This document shows positions 22,124 to 32,793 of a stretch of DNA of 64,000 bases, in pieces. Under the pieces are notes generated by a model, which made no database searches, was not told the DNA's origin, and worked only from the letters and a program-made list of their open reading frames with translations. Origin of the DNA: Mayamaea pseudoterrestris (Eukaryota); assembly GCA_027923505.1 (NCBI GenBank), contig BROI01000019.1:310001-374000 (forward strand), given 5' to 3'. A program made the position numbers and the translations under genes. How positions within the stretch are numbered: the stretch's first letter is position 1; each line of letters begins with the position of its first letter.

Positions 22124-22912
22124 CTAACAAAACGCAGAATAACTATCTGCGCATGACATGGGCGATTCAGGTTCCGTCGGAGCGACTGAAGCTTGACCTG
22201 AGAAGGAATCTGGCTCCGTGATGATACTCAGATGATCTTTCACCGCCTTGCTCGTCGTCAACATACTCGGCAACTTAAAGCTGTTACGACGCACTTGCTT
22301 GCGCATATTTAACGGACGCTGAGCAGCCGCATTTGGGCGCATTTGTTGTTGTGCAATATGTTTCAGCAGTCTTGGCTGCACGGTTCCTCCATGTGTAGTA
22401 TTCTCCTTGTCTGAATTCCTCATTAGCTTATCCTTGCTGGAGGATGGCTTAATACATTGTTGAGTTGCCGAATGGGACGCTTGCTCGCGAATACGCTCCA
22501 CGGCTTGCTTGGAATTCATGCAGGGCCCAAACTTTGTACTGCGCACCTCCTTTGCTGCAACGATTGGAAGCTTGTTGAGCTCAAAGTCTTTGACTTTGCC
22601 TTGCTCGTAGGCGAGGCTCATTTCTTGTGCACGAAGGCGGCTTAAAAACTCTTGGACTTCATGAGAGCGCTTGCCCACCAGCGACAGCACACCTGCGCCA
22701 AATTGGCTGCACGGGTTTGATGCTTCTGCAATTGCTCCTTCCATGCTCGCAAAAGATGCGTGAGCGCTGTCATTGTCATCCAAGTCGACGACATTTGACG
22801 TGCTGTTGAAGAAGGGAGCGGTAGCTTCGGGCAACGTGGCAAAGTCTCTGTTCTGCGTCTCATCTCCATGCATACATTCGTCAGGGAACTTGCTTTGTTG
22901 AGTGGCAATCAT
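22124..22912 (-). CDS. Hypothetical protein
   Basis: 262-aa ATG-initiated ORF filling an intergenic gap; no recognisable domain. Confidence 0.55.
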   Translation of the reverse strand: MIATQQSKFPDECMHGDETQNRDFATLPEATAPFFNSTSNVVDLDDNDSAHASFASMEGAIAEASNPCSQFGAGVLSLVGKRSHEVQEFLSRLRAQEMSLAYEQGKVKDFELNKLPIVAAKEVRSTKFGPCMNSKQAVERIREQASHSATQQCIKPSSSKDKLMRNSDKENTTHGGTVQPRLLKHIAQQQMRPNAAAQRPLNMRKQVRRNSFKLPSMLTTSKAVKDHLSIITEPDSFSGQASVAPTEPESPMSCADSYSAFC

Positions 22913-23349
22913 TGTATGTTGCTACTTTCAGTCGACAAATGAATCAAGTACCTAGGAGTCGACGCAGGAAAATAAAGTTGTTGACTGTCTTCCGAGTTGG
23001 CTCAGATATGTCTTCAAAGATGGTCGGTCTCTGCTAGAAGATTACAGGATTTCAAATTATGGCAGATGTACTGTCAAGCTTCAGGATCATCCGAGATGCT
23101 CGCTGCTTTGTGACATGATGGAGGATGGAGGGATGTCGGTTTGTTGATTGTTGAATGTAAATCTTCGAAAGTTGTTTGAATTATTTAGCCAATTTTAGTG
23201 CCGCTTTGTTCCCTCCGACACGATTTTCACGCTGACGCGCGCTCGCGGCAGCTGGGCGGCGTTGAAGCCACGAGATCTTTGGGCGAAACCGTCCGAAAGA
23301 AGATGTCAATCCCAAGTCGGTCGCTTATTTCCTAAATTACCTTTGGACC

Positions 23350-23619
23350 ATGAAGTCGTTTATGCAATTGACCATTGCGCTTGTCGCAACATTTGCCCTT
23401 ACTTCGGCGTATGCACCCGTCGCATTCACCCCACGCACCTCCGCTACTTCCGTGAACCTTTTTGGTGGCAACAAGAAACCAGCCGGCAAGGGCAAGACGG
23501 AAGATTTCCTTGGAGGAAAGGGAGCCAAGATTACTGTACGCGAGGATGAAGACAATGCCATGTGGATTGAGGAACCAAAGGACAAGGACAAGAAGAAGCC
23601 AGCGCCAAAGAGAAAGTAG
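23350..23619 (+). CDS. Small plastid-targeted protein of unknown function (89-aa precursor)
   Basis: Signal peptide MKSFMQLTIALVATFALTSA, then YAP (ASAFAP-type), a Ser/Thr/Arg transit peptide and a charged mature part of about 50 aa. Confidence 0.8.
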   Translation: MKSFMQLTIALVATFALTSAYAPVAFTPRTSATSVNLFGGNKKPAGKGKTEDFLGGKGAKITVREDEDNAMWIEEPKDKDKKKPAPKRK

Positions 23620-23770
23620 ATCCGTCCAGGAACATCAGAACTGGATGGATGCGCTATTAGTCACACACAACGACTTCTTCGCCACAATAACTGTGTATAT
23701 GCATATTTCTTAATGATTTCAACTCTAGAGATGACTTTATACATTATATTGCAACTAAAATTTGTGCTCG

Positions 23771-24797
23771 TCAACTCTCCTTGTCGTCGCTCGGCGCATC
23801 TTTACGTTTGCGGTACGGCAGACTCCATCCAAAGTTACTTGCCGCCTTGACCATTTGATTCCACGATGCCATTAGTTTCGTTTGCTCAACCGTTTCAGCC
23901 TTTAAGCATTCTCTTTCCGTCGCTGATACCCACGTTCTTTGATACATTCTCTTGGTTGCCGCCACTGCATCGGCCGACTGCTGAACAATCAGTTCGGCCA
24001 TGTTTTGAGCTTCCTGCAATGGATCATCTACCACCCGCGTCACTAATCCATATTCCATGGCTTCTTGCGCCGATAGGATGCGACCGGTCATTGTTAGTTC
24101 CTTGGCAATGTCTATCCTTACTAATTCGCGCAGAGTGACCGTAGCCGTCATATCTGGAATGAGTCCCCACTGTGTCGAACAGCGATCACAGCATTAGTAA
24201 AGCAAGCTAACATGTCCACTACATTCTCCATGATCTCCCAGTTGTAGCACTCACCTTGGCTTCCATGATTGCCAGTTTGCAGTCTGGACTTGCATATCTC
24301 ATATCCGCTCCAAGCGCAATCTGCATGCCACCACCAAAACACATGCCATGCAGCGAGCAAATCACTGGCACTGGCAAGTCACGCCATATATAGGCAACAT
24401 CTTGCGCCAAATTTGCAACTGCGTCGTTTGGTTTCTGTAACAGCTCCTTGGATGTTTGCATGACGTTTAAATTCATCATGGATCCAATATCCAAGCCAGT
24501 GCAAAAGGCCTTGCCCTTGCCTGATAAAATGACAGCTCGAAGCTTCTTGTTTTGTAATGATTCAGTCTTGAGTGCATTGGCAGCGTCACGAATGGCGTGA
24601 AACATTGAAAGATCCAGCGCGTTGCGTTTGTCGGGGCGATTGAGTTGGACGTGAGCAATCGTACCGGCATCGTTAAACGTCGTTTCGACGCGAGGAGGCG
24701 ATAATGAGGTAGATGAGTATCTTGATAAGACTTGGCAATATGATAGCGGACGAGTCCGCATGCCCGTGCGAAGAGACAGCAGCGGCCAAGACGCCAT
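23771..24797 (-). CDS. Enoyl-CoA hydratase/isomerase (crotonase) family, probably mitochondrial; 2 exons
   Basis: Motifs LNRPDKRNAL, AFCTGLDI and GMCFGGGMQIALGADMR. Intron 24170-24254 gives IMEAKWGLIPDM; MTGRILSAQEAMEYGLV follows. Arg/Ser-rich presequence. Confidence 0.92.
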
Positions 24798-24979
24798 GGT
24801 CGCAGAATTGTGGAGGAAAAGCGGCGAGTTGTCACACTTTTCAATGCCGCTTACATTACATATGCCTCAACCAAGTCTCGTTCCGACATAAGTGCTGCCC
24901 GCGCGATGGTCGAGCTGCCACCATGGAAGAAGAAAAACAAGTCAACGGCAGGTTCTCGTAGCACGCAAATAAGCTCACG

Positions 24980-26755
24980 ATGAGAAACATATGCAATCCA
25001 ATGGACTCTAACGCCAGACTTGTGAAGCTGCTACTAGTATTGGCTTTTCATTCCACTTTTTCATTGAGCAGTTCTATCTTCCAGTCCACGCGAACGTCTA
25101 CGACGAACCGCCACGTTGCGGAAGCAAGCGACAGGCGTCGGGGTTGGATACAGCCGCAGACAGCAATGGCGGCGACAGATACCTACAACGTAAAAGCTGC
25201 AGTTGCAACGACAGATACGAAGCCATCGGTGCATATGCAGTTGAATCCCCCAGCGCTTACCTCGAGTTCTGCCACGGAACAATTAGACGCTCCCACAGAA
25301 CCTTCACCTCCATCCAAGGACAACAGCAGACCGACGATCATAACGGTCCATTCTTTCAAAGATATGACGGGAAAGGAGTGGAAGGCGCTCAATACGTCAA
25401 AGCGAAAGTTCTTGGCCTTTTTGCAGTACCATCAAATATCGGCATTGATGTCGCAAATTGAAACAAAGCGCTATACAAGTCAACCAAAAGGCAGCATCGA
25501 GTCAACACGACAGGAGCCAGGGACATGCCAAATGAGCAGTAGCAGTGATATTGACAATACTGATGCTGTTTCTGACTTCGAATCAACAATTCCATATCAA
25601 CGTGACGAGTGGCGACGACTCTGGAAACTTGGTCGGCTGTTGACGGATCGCACCGAGCTGCTGGCCGTCTATCCCAGCGATTACGACCAGTCGAGCAACA
25701 GCGAGAACGATTCACCAGCCAGTACTACGCAACAATATGCAGCAGCGCGATCACGAGGCGGCTTTACCGACTTACTTGGCCTATACACGGATCGACTTTC
25801 GGCAATTTTACAGGATGAGCTGGAACAGGATGCAACGTCAGGAAAACACAACAACAAAAATGACAGTACCAGCTTGCTACTTGCGTGGCTGCAGAAGCAC
25901 TATGGCTACCGGAATACCATGCGACTTGTCAACAACGGTGCAGATCGTTCCGAAACTGAACTGAAAAAGCACTGGAAGCACTTCTTGGAGTGGTTTCGAC
26001 GCGAGTTTCCGTACTACTATGATCGATGCGAAACATGCGGTGCGTCAATGAAGGAACAGAATGCTGCTTGCCAAGATCAAGATGCGATCGAGCCCGTGGC
26101 TATAGAAACGTTGGAACATCATGACGATGAAACAGACGACGATCATCCAACATTTATTGGCTACATTTATCCAACAAGCAGAGAACTTGACGGTAAGGCA
26201 AGTCGAACTGAACTATATCGCTGCCACAAGTGCTCCTCCTTTACACGATTTCCACGCTTCAACTCGGCCCGACACGTTTTGGAGAGTCGACGTGGCCGAT
26301 GCGGTGAATACAGCATGTTGCTGTACCGAATTCTGCGTGCGTTGAATTATCACTGTCGATGGGTCGTGGACTGGGCTGATCATGTTTGGGCCGAAGTAGC
26401 CATGGAAGATGCTGACGGCGTATCAAGATGGGTTCATTTGGATCCATGCGAGGCTGCTGTCGATGAGAATCTGCTCTACCAAGGCTGGGGCAAGAAGCAA
26501 ACGTATATATTGGCTTTTTATGCGCCGCCTTTGAACAAGTTTGCTGATGTAACATTTGATGACGAGCTAGAATGGCATCATATATCGATGGCTGAACATC
26601 CATTAATCGAGGATGTGACGCAATCATACACTAGCGACTCATGGGAGACGATAAACCAACGACGTGACGAGAGCCCAGAGCAAGTTCATACTGCCATTCA
26701 CAGGGCAACTTCTGATTTGCATCAAAAATTGGCAAGTTACTATCATGTGGACTGA
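24980..26755 (+). CDS. PNG1: Peptide:N-glycanase (Png1/NGLY1 transglutaminase core) with N-terminal signal peptide; candidate symbiont-type sPng1
   Basis: Zn-binding CETC and CHKC, RFPRFN, catalytic triad in RGRCGEY, DHVWAEV and WVHLDPCE, and GWGKKQTYILAF. Hydrophobic leader LVKLLLVLAFHSTFS. Confidence 0.92.
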   Translation: MRNICNPMDSNARLVKLLLVLAFHSTFSLSSSIFQSTRTSTTNRHVAEASDRRRGWIQPQTAMAATDTYNVKAAVATTDTKPSVHMQLNPPALTSSSATEQLDAPTEPSPPSKDNSRPTIITVHSFKDMTGKEWKALNTSKRKFLAFLQYHQISALMSQIETKRYTSQPKGSIESTRQEPGTCQMSSSSDIDNTDAVSDFESTIPYQRDEWRRLWKLGRLLTDRTELLAVYPSDYDQSSNSENDSPASTTQQYAAARSRGGFTDLLGLYTDRLSAILQDELEQDATSGKHNNKNDSTSLLLAWLQKHYGYRNTMRLVNNGADRSETELKKHWKHFLEWFRREFPYYYDRCETCGASMKEQNAACQDQDAIEPVAIETLEHHDDETDDDHPTFIGYIYPTSRELDGKASRTELYRCHKCSSFTRFPRFNSARHVLESRRGRCGEYSMLLYRILRALNYHCRWVVDWADHVWAEVAMEDADGVSRWVHLDPCEAAVDENLLYQGWGKKQTYILAFYAPPLNKFADVTFDDELEWHHISMAEHPLIEDVTQSYTSDSWETINQRRDESPEQVHTAIHRATSDLHQKLASYYHVD

Positions 26756-26980
26756 GAACTTGTCGCACCAGAAAATGCAGCTCCGCTGCTTGGTGGGTGG
26801 TTCTAGGCATGTGACGCACTGCATCACTGCATAATCGCATTGTAACTCCGCACAGAAGGACCTTATAAGGCAGGAAAGCAAGAAGACAAGAATAGAGACT
26901 ATAATTTTATAGCAATTCAGATACTTAACAGCAATAAAAAACTTCGGTTCCTTGACCAAGTGGATCGCCTACATTTTCTT

Positions 26981-27652
26981 CTAATTCGTCGACTCCCTCA
27001 CTGCAATTTCTCGTCCCTTAATATCCATTCCATTCAATTGTTCCAACGCCTTCATGCCATCCTCTCGTTTCCTTAGCGTCACAAATCCAAAGCCCTTGGG
27101 CCGGCCAGTATCATCGCGCACCAAGCTAACATCACCAACTGGTCCAACTTCCGAAAAGACTTGCTTCAAATCTTCCTCCGTACATTCGAAGGAAATGTTA
27201 CCAACGTATAGTTTGATCTCACCCAGATACTTTGGATCTCGTCCTTCCTGAATATTTGTTTGAATGCGCTCGCGCTCCAAGTCGGGCAGCTCCACCAGTT
27301 GGAAGCCATTTCGAACGCGCATGATGCGGTCCTTGCTTTGGAACCAGGAATGTCCACAGACGGTGCATTCGAGACGGCGACTGTTGGAGACTCCCAAGTC
27401 TTGTTCGTCAATGAGATAGGATGTTTGGCAGCGGCCGCAGCGAACGTATGATGGTGGTTGCGTTGATGTTGCTGTTGCTGATGATGGTGCTGCAGAGGCG
27501 TCGGGTGATGGACTTGAACATAGTTTGGATTGCGATGTTGAGGATATTAATGTAGATTGTAGCGACAATGGAGACACTGTAAAGGCGGATACGCCTTGTA
27601 GCAATGCCAGCAACGCACAAAGTCGGTACATTATGCTATACGCGTGGTTCAA
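26981..27652 (-). CDS. Plastid-targeted zinc-ribbon (MJ0042-like) + RRM RNA-binding protein
   Basis: Signal peptide with GVSA-FTV; CGRC...CTVCGHSWFQ zinc ribbon; RNP2 LYVGNI and RNP1 KGFGFVTL. Start is probably the ATG near 27631. Confidence 0.88.
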   Translation of the reverse strand: MNHAYSIMYRLCALLALLQGVSAFTVSPLSLQSTLISSTSQSKLCSSPSPDASAAPSSATATSTQPPSYVRCGRCQTSYLIDEQDLGVSNSRRLECTVCGHSWFQSKDRIMRVRNGFQLVELPDLERERIQTNIQEGRDPKYLGEIKLYVGNISFECTEEDLKQVFSEVGPVGDVSLVRDDTGRPKGFGFVTLRKREDGMKALEQLNGMDIKGREIAVRESTN

Positions 27653-27856
27653 GATGCACGCTTAAAATGCACAGCGATGTGATGAGGAAGCGTTTTCTGT
27701 GAAAACGTGCGGCTATGACAGAAGTAACGATGTGACATTGTTCACCATTGCGACATCAGCTTGGCGACGCACTCTTTCTCACCATGAACACAATTGCCGT
27801 CGCTACCAAAGCTCCGTGCTCGTTATACTATATGCTTTCGGTGATCAACCTTTACC

Positions 27857-29584
27857 ATGACCGACGTAGCTACAGCCAATAGTAACATGAATCGCAAGCG
27901 AGCCCGAGATACCGCGTCGCCCAAGCCAATGTCAGCGCCGCCTCCTTCGTCAAGTCGCATCTCTGCTGCCATGACGCAGCAGGAGCATCATCGGGCCGAA
28001 CAAGTACTGGATCCAGGCAGCCGCAATGCCGCTTTGAATGAACTACTGATTCAGTCGATGTCGCTAGATCGGAGTGGAAGTGCGCTAGCGAGTGATGTTA
28101 TTTTAAAGGCGCTTGCCAAAGTTGTGCTTGATGACGTTAATGAAGGTAGCGAGAATGACTTGCTCGATGCTACTAACAACGACGACGACAAGCCCGTGCT
28201 GCAAGCTTCTCAAGTTTGGATCAAGGCTCCCACGAAACGGACAGAAGATCTAGCAAAGAAATTCCAAAGCAAGCTATCCAACCAAGGCATGATAAGTTTG
28301 CATCAAAAGAGCAGCAACAGCAAGGACACGATGCAAACGCTTCAAGTCATTCTCATGATTATTCGCAACTATTCCTACGTTTCGTCTAATTTGCGCTTGC
28401 TGGCTTACTCGACGGATGTCATTGATGTACTGGTTGGCTGTCTCTACGAAAATTACGATTACAATGCCGGTGCATCAACGACGACTGCTTCCACCGACGA
28501 TTCATCCAGCAGCATGGCCCAGTCGGCCCTTCAAACACTGTTGCACCTGGCACCGACGCTGGACTGGACGGGCCAGAAACTGGTCACGGACCGACTATTC
28601 TACGCGCCAAACGCGGAGAGCTACCCAGTGCCGGCGAGCGACGCGGAAACAGAGTTTGGTCAGCTTGCCAATGCCGCTAGCTGGGGATGGATGGGATTAC
28701 ACTTGGCCAGGCGCTTTGACGCTCGAGATGATGTCATGACTTTTGACAATAGCAATAATGCAGGCGCTGGCATTGGCGGCGGTAATGCCAACACTACTGC
28801 TAGTGCTGCCAATAGTTCCATGCCGATGCAGGATTTTGTGCTGGCGCTCACTGGTCCACGCTACTTGGCCAGCACGTGGAGCATTTTTGCCGGCTTGACT
28901 CACATTTTTACAACCATTCCAGCTCCGCCGCGACAGACCATTCTTTTGGGCTTGGACTTGCTGCAAGAGTTTGTGAGCCAGGCGCGCATTGGATTGGTGG
29001 GTGACGTTGGCGTTGCCGAGTCAAACAGTAGTGTACACAATGTCCCTACTCTCCGAGCCGTTCTAGTGCACATGCCAAATGCCATGCTGGAATGCTTATT
29101 GGAGTGTTTGTATGTGCCGCGATATGGTCCAAGTTCTTGGGACAAGCAGAACATTGCAAATCGACCAAACAACAATAACAACAGCAAGCAGCCACAAGGA
29201 TACGAGCCAACTGTTGACACGGAACTGCGCGATCGTGCGCTCCAAGTCTTGGTGCCGCTCATGGAACTGGATTCGCCGCGCATGGCAGCAAAGCTGGGCT
29301 GTCGATCAAACGGACAAGCTCGCTTGGACTTGTACAATGCGATTGTTCCCATTCTAACGTCAACCGTTCCAGAAGCAAGTACGCATGCCTCGCACTTTTT
29401 GCGCGAACTGAGCAAGGCGCCTGAGAATCGCATTGGTTTCGAATATGTGCAGGAGCGATTGGTGGAGCTGGCGAGTCGGAATCAGCGCGTGGCGCAACTG
29501 GTTTGGAATCATTTGTACGTGAAACCAGTGGTGATCAATGAGACAAAGGAGGCGTCGAGCTTTGCTAGTGCTGGTCATGATTAG
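27857..29584 (+). CDS. Armadillo-repeat nuclear protein, LFR/ARID1-ARID2 (SWI/SNF)-like
   Basis: NLS-like NRKRAR. RNAALNELL and ILMIIRNYSYVSSNLRLLA resemble the BAF250/LFR ARM motif. Helical repeats throughout. Confidence 0.55.
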   Translation: MTDVATANSNMNRKRARDTASPKPMSAPPPSSSRISAAMTQQEHHRAEQVLDPGSRNAALNELLIQSMSLDRSGSALASDVILKALAKVVLDDVNEGSENDLLDATNNDDDKPVLQASQVWIKAPTKRTEDLAKKFQSKLSNQGMISLHQKSSNSKDTMQTLQVILMIIRNYSYVSSNLRLLAYSTDVIDVLVGCLYENYDYNAGASTTTASTDDSSSSMAQSALQTLLHLAPTLDWTGQKLVTDRLFYAPNAESYPVPASDAETEFGQLANAASWGWMGLHLARRFDARDDVMTFDNSNNAGAGIGGGNANTTASAANSSMPMQDFVLALTGPRYLASTWSIFAGLTHIFTTIPAPPRQTILLGLDLLQEFVSQARIGLVGDVGVAESNSSVHNVPTLRAVLVHMPNAMLECLLECLYVPRYGPSSWDKQNIANRPNNNNNSKQPQGYEPTVDTELRDRALQVLVPLMELDSPRMAAKLGCRSNGQARLDLYNAIVPILTSTVPEASTHASHFLRELSKAPENRIGFEYVQERLVELASRNQRVAQLVWNHLYVKPVVINETKEASSFASAGHD

Positions 29585-29827
29585 CTGGTAATCTTCACGT
29601 TATTCATTCCTCTTATTCTTGTGCATATAGCTGGTTTTGTGCCTATCTCTTCCAATTGATGCAGGGAAAGAGTTTCGCATGTCTCCCCGGTATTAAATGT
29701 CACACCGATATTCACATTGTTCGACCATGGTGACAACACAAAACTGCGCAGCCGTTCGTTGTAAATTGTCAACGTTTTATCTACTGATCATATACTTTGG
29801 TCTGCTAATCCATTACACAAATAAGCC

Positions 29828-31111
29828 ATGCAGCATAATGAAGATGACATTCAGCAAAAGCCGCAAGCTCGTCGCGATGGCAGCAAACGTCAAAAGGGTG
29901 TTCGCTTTGCCAGTCAAAACACTGTCCATACCCTGAAGCGACCACTTGATGACCCGGCCATGGACCAAACCATGCACTCCGGCAGTGCTCATCGAAAGCA
30001 AAAGAGGCCGCGTACTGGTGCCGCTAATGGTGTCGATGATGCTGACGAGTCAGAAGATGATGATGCAGTGGACCAGATGATTTTGGAGGATGACGCAGTT
30101 GACTCTCCCAATGACTTGGTACTCAGCGAACGAGAACTGCTGAGAGCCAAGGAAAAGCGGCGCGAGAAGCGAGAAGCTGGCCTCGATGACGATGACGAAG
30201 CTGCCTACGAATCGACCAAGATTGACCGCACCACAAGCCTGGCAGCCGAAGGCGTGACCTTTGAACCCTTTAACATGGACAAGGAAGGCTCCGATGGTAC
30301 CGGCTACTTTGACGGAGATACATACGTCTTTCGAAAGCGCACCGAGGACGAGGAGCCGGATGCCTGGTTGGAGAGTCTGCGGGAGGAGAATGGGCGAGGT
30401 GCAGCGCTATATGCCAGCGCGAAGGACAATGACAGCGAGAGCGAAACAGAGGATGGTAGCGTTAGAATGGATGATTTGGACAAGAACGACTTGTATGCTA
30501 CCATTATTCCCTTGGTGAGCGACACGGAAACCATCATGCAGGCTATTATACGGTACGGCAACCTTGTCAAGCGAAAAACTGGTGCAAAACGTCAGCAGCA
30601 GCAAGCGATTGGTCAGCAGGACCCTTCCATGGAGGCCATCACGCTTGCACAGGATTCATTGAACTCCTTGACGCAGGCATCAAGTGCATTGATGCTTCAG
30701 GGTCAAGTGGATATATATCAAATGACGCGCAATCAAATACTGGCTGCTATTGGTGGCGACGATGGCGATGGCAACGACGACAGTCAAGCTACTCTTTACC
30801 AACAAGATACGAACAAGGTTTCCTCACCCAAAGAAGTTGTACAGTGGGAGTATCAAGGCAGCCAAGACGGCCAAATACATGGACCATACTCGACGTCAAA
30901 CATGCGAGAATGGATTCAGGCTGGTTATTTTGTTGGACCATCGGCAGTCGATGTTCGATATATAGCAGAACGTGAACGACAATCGACGGCACAGGAAGAT
31001 CTACTAAACGATTTGGAGAGTGACGATGATGAAGACAAGAAGACGACTACTGAGACTGTGCGAGGCGAGTGGATCAAATCGGATCAGGTAGACTTTTCGA
31101 GATTTGGATGA
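29828..31111 (+). CDS. CD2BP2: CD2BP2/Lin1/U5-52K GYF-domain spliceosomal protein
   Basis: EPFNMDKE...GYFDGDTYVF, EPDAWL and ETIMQAIIRYG; C-terminal GYF domain WEY...IHGPYSTSNMREWIQAGYF. Confidence 0.88.
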   Translation: MQHNEDDIQQKPQARRDGSKRQKGVRFASQNTVHTLKRPLDDPAMDQTMHSGSAHRKQKRPRTGAANGVDDADESEDDDAVDQMILEDDAVDSPNDLVLSERELLRAKEKRREKREAGLDDDDEAAYESTKIDRTTSLAAEGVTFEPFNMDKEGSDGTGYFDGDTYVFRKRTEDEEPDAWLESLREENGRGAALYASAKDNDSESETEDGSVRMDDLDKNDLYATIIPLVSDTETIMQAIIRYGNLVKRKTGAKRQQQQAIGQQDPSMEAITLAQDSLNSLTQASSALMLQGQVDIYQMTRNQILAAIGGDDGDGNDDSQATLYQQDTNKVSSPKEVVQWEYQGSQDGQIHGPYSTSNMREWIQAGYFVGPSAVDVRYIAERERQSTAQEDLLNDLESDDDEDKKTTTETVRGEWIKSDQVDFSRFG

Positions 31112-31476
31112 GTATAGGACCTTTGTCGATCGAGGCTGACGACCTTGCAAAGCTGATGGAACGTTGCCCACCATACTGCTTCAATTTTCAATCGTTTTTC
31201 TTGGTTGCAATGTACAGATGCTGCCACTTTTACCCGCCTCGGTGCAAAGAACGAAATTGCAACGTCAATCAGCAATTGGTGCTACTTCTGCGACCGACGA
31301 CGTTTTGAAACAAAACAAAATTCAAAAAGTAACGCGATCCAACTATATATATTTAAATTGTGGTCACGTTCAACAAAAAATGCAGTCTTCTACGTAGACT
31401 CGTACGTACCGGTAGCAGCTCAAAATCCAAAATCGTTCCCCGTTTGTACCGATTTTATGTACATTTATAAACAAAC

Positions 31477-32793
31477 TTAATTTTGACCCTCGCGACGACG
31501 CTGCTGCTCCAGAAGAAATTGAAGAAGCGTCGGGTCAATTTGTTGCTGTTGCGGGGTGTAGTTACCAGGCATGGGCGATGGTCGGAGTGCATTGGGCCCC
31601 TGTTGCGGATGGAGTTGGCGCTGCCAAGCTAGCATTCCCATCTGATGTGCCACAGAATCGCGCAACTGGGGATGTTGCGATTGCTGATGCTGGTTCATGC
31701 TTCCCACCAATAGCAAACGACGAAGCTCCGCATTTTCGGCAGCGAGAATGTGTGCTTGCATCTGAGAGAAACTCGCCGCCTGCTCTTCTTGACGCATGTG
31801 GCTGGTCGGTCCTCCTCGTTGGGCCAGTAGCTGCTGTATATGGAGTCCCGGCGGGCTTGGGAGCATCTGAGGTAAGAACTGCGACGTCAAGTTGCTGACC
31901 GGGTACCCAGAGCTGGTTGAGTCTAGTGCTGTACTTTCCGAACTGGAAATAGGGAAGAAGCCACCGACAGAGTCACAAAGTGAAGTCGCTCCTCCTCCCT
32001 CCGGTGGCTGGTGCGGCATTGTTCCAGGTAAACACCCAATATCTTGTTCTCCATATATATCTTTTTCCTTGGCTCCTCCTCGCAAATGGCAAAGAAGGTC
32101 TCGCCTGCCTTTTTGAAACATGCCATGGTAGTAAGCGACTGTGTTCTTGGGCACATGCTGTCCAGCCGCTCGCTTGAATCCCCAGCGGTTCAATTTCCGC
32201 GTAAAGCTTTCAAACTTGGTGCCTTGAAAGTATTCATCAAGCACCTTCTCTCCAAAGAGCTTGGGAACAACGCAAAAACCGTCTCCTTGCTCCAGCCACC
32301 ACATGGCGTCGCTCGCAACTCCCTGGTCCAAAAGATTCATGAGGCGCCCCGGAAAAGTGTTCATTGGCTCCAGATCTTGAGGAGTGGTTGCGTGCCTACT
32401 AGTTTCCTTCATGGCCGTCTCTTTACCGATGAGTTTCTCAGCCATTTCAATAGGGGCAATGTCATCGCCGCCTTCGGCAAGACTGGAGGCGGATAACTTT
32501 GAGTCAATCGGCGATGACCTGGGAGTTGCGTTCTTGTCTGCCGATATCACAACCTTTTGGCGCTTTACATGAACTGCATCTGCTGCATAAGAGTACAACT
32601 AAAATAAGCTAAACAATAAGTTCCGACAACGAGAACTGCTGCAATTGTATGATGCCGCATGCTGCTGTCGTATCTTTTCCTTGCCTGAAAGAGCGGGAGA
32701 TTCTTCTTTTCTCCATCTTCGTACCCTCGACTTACCTCCAGCAGAATCTGGTAAAAGTAGCGCACGCTTATTACAATGACCTTCCTTGGACAT
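31477..32793 (-). CDS. HSF-type DNA-binding transcription factor; probable short first exon 32736-32793
   Basis: HSF domain FPGRLMNLL...WW...GDGFCV...YFQGTKFESFTRKLNRWGFKR...YYHGMFQKGRRDLL and a Q-rich tail. The proposed intron 32580-32735 (GTAAGT...CAG) is in frame, but the 5' end is less certain. Confidence 0.88.
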
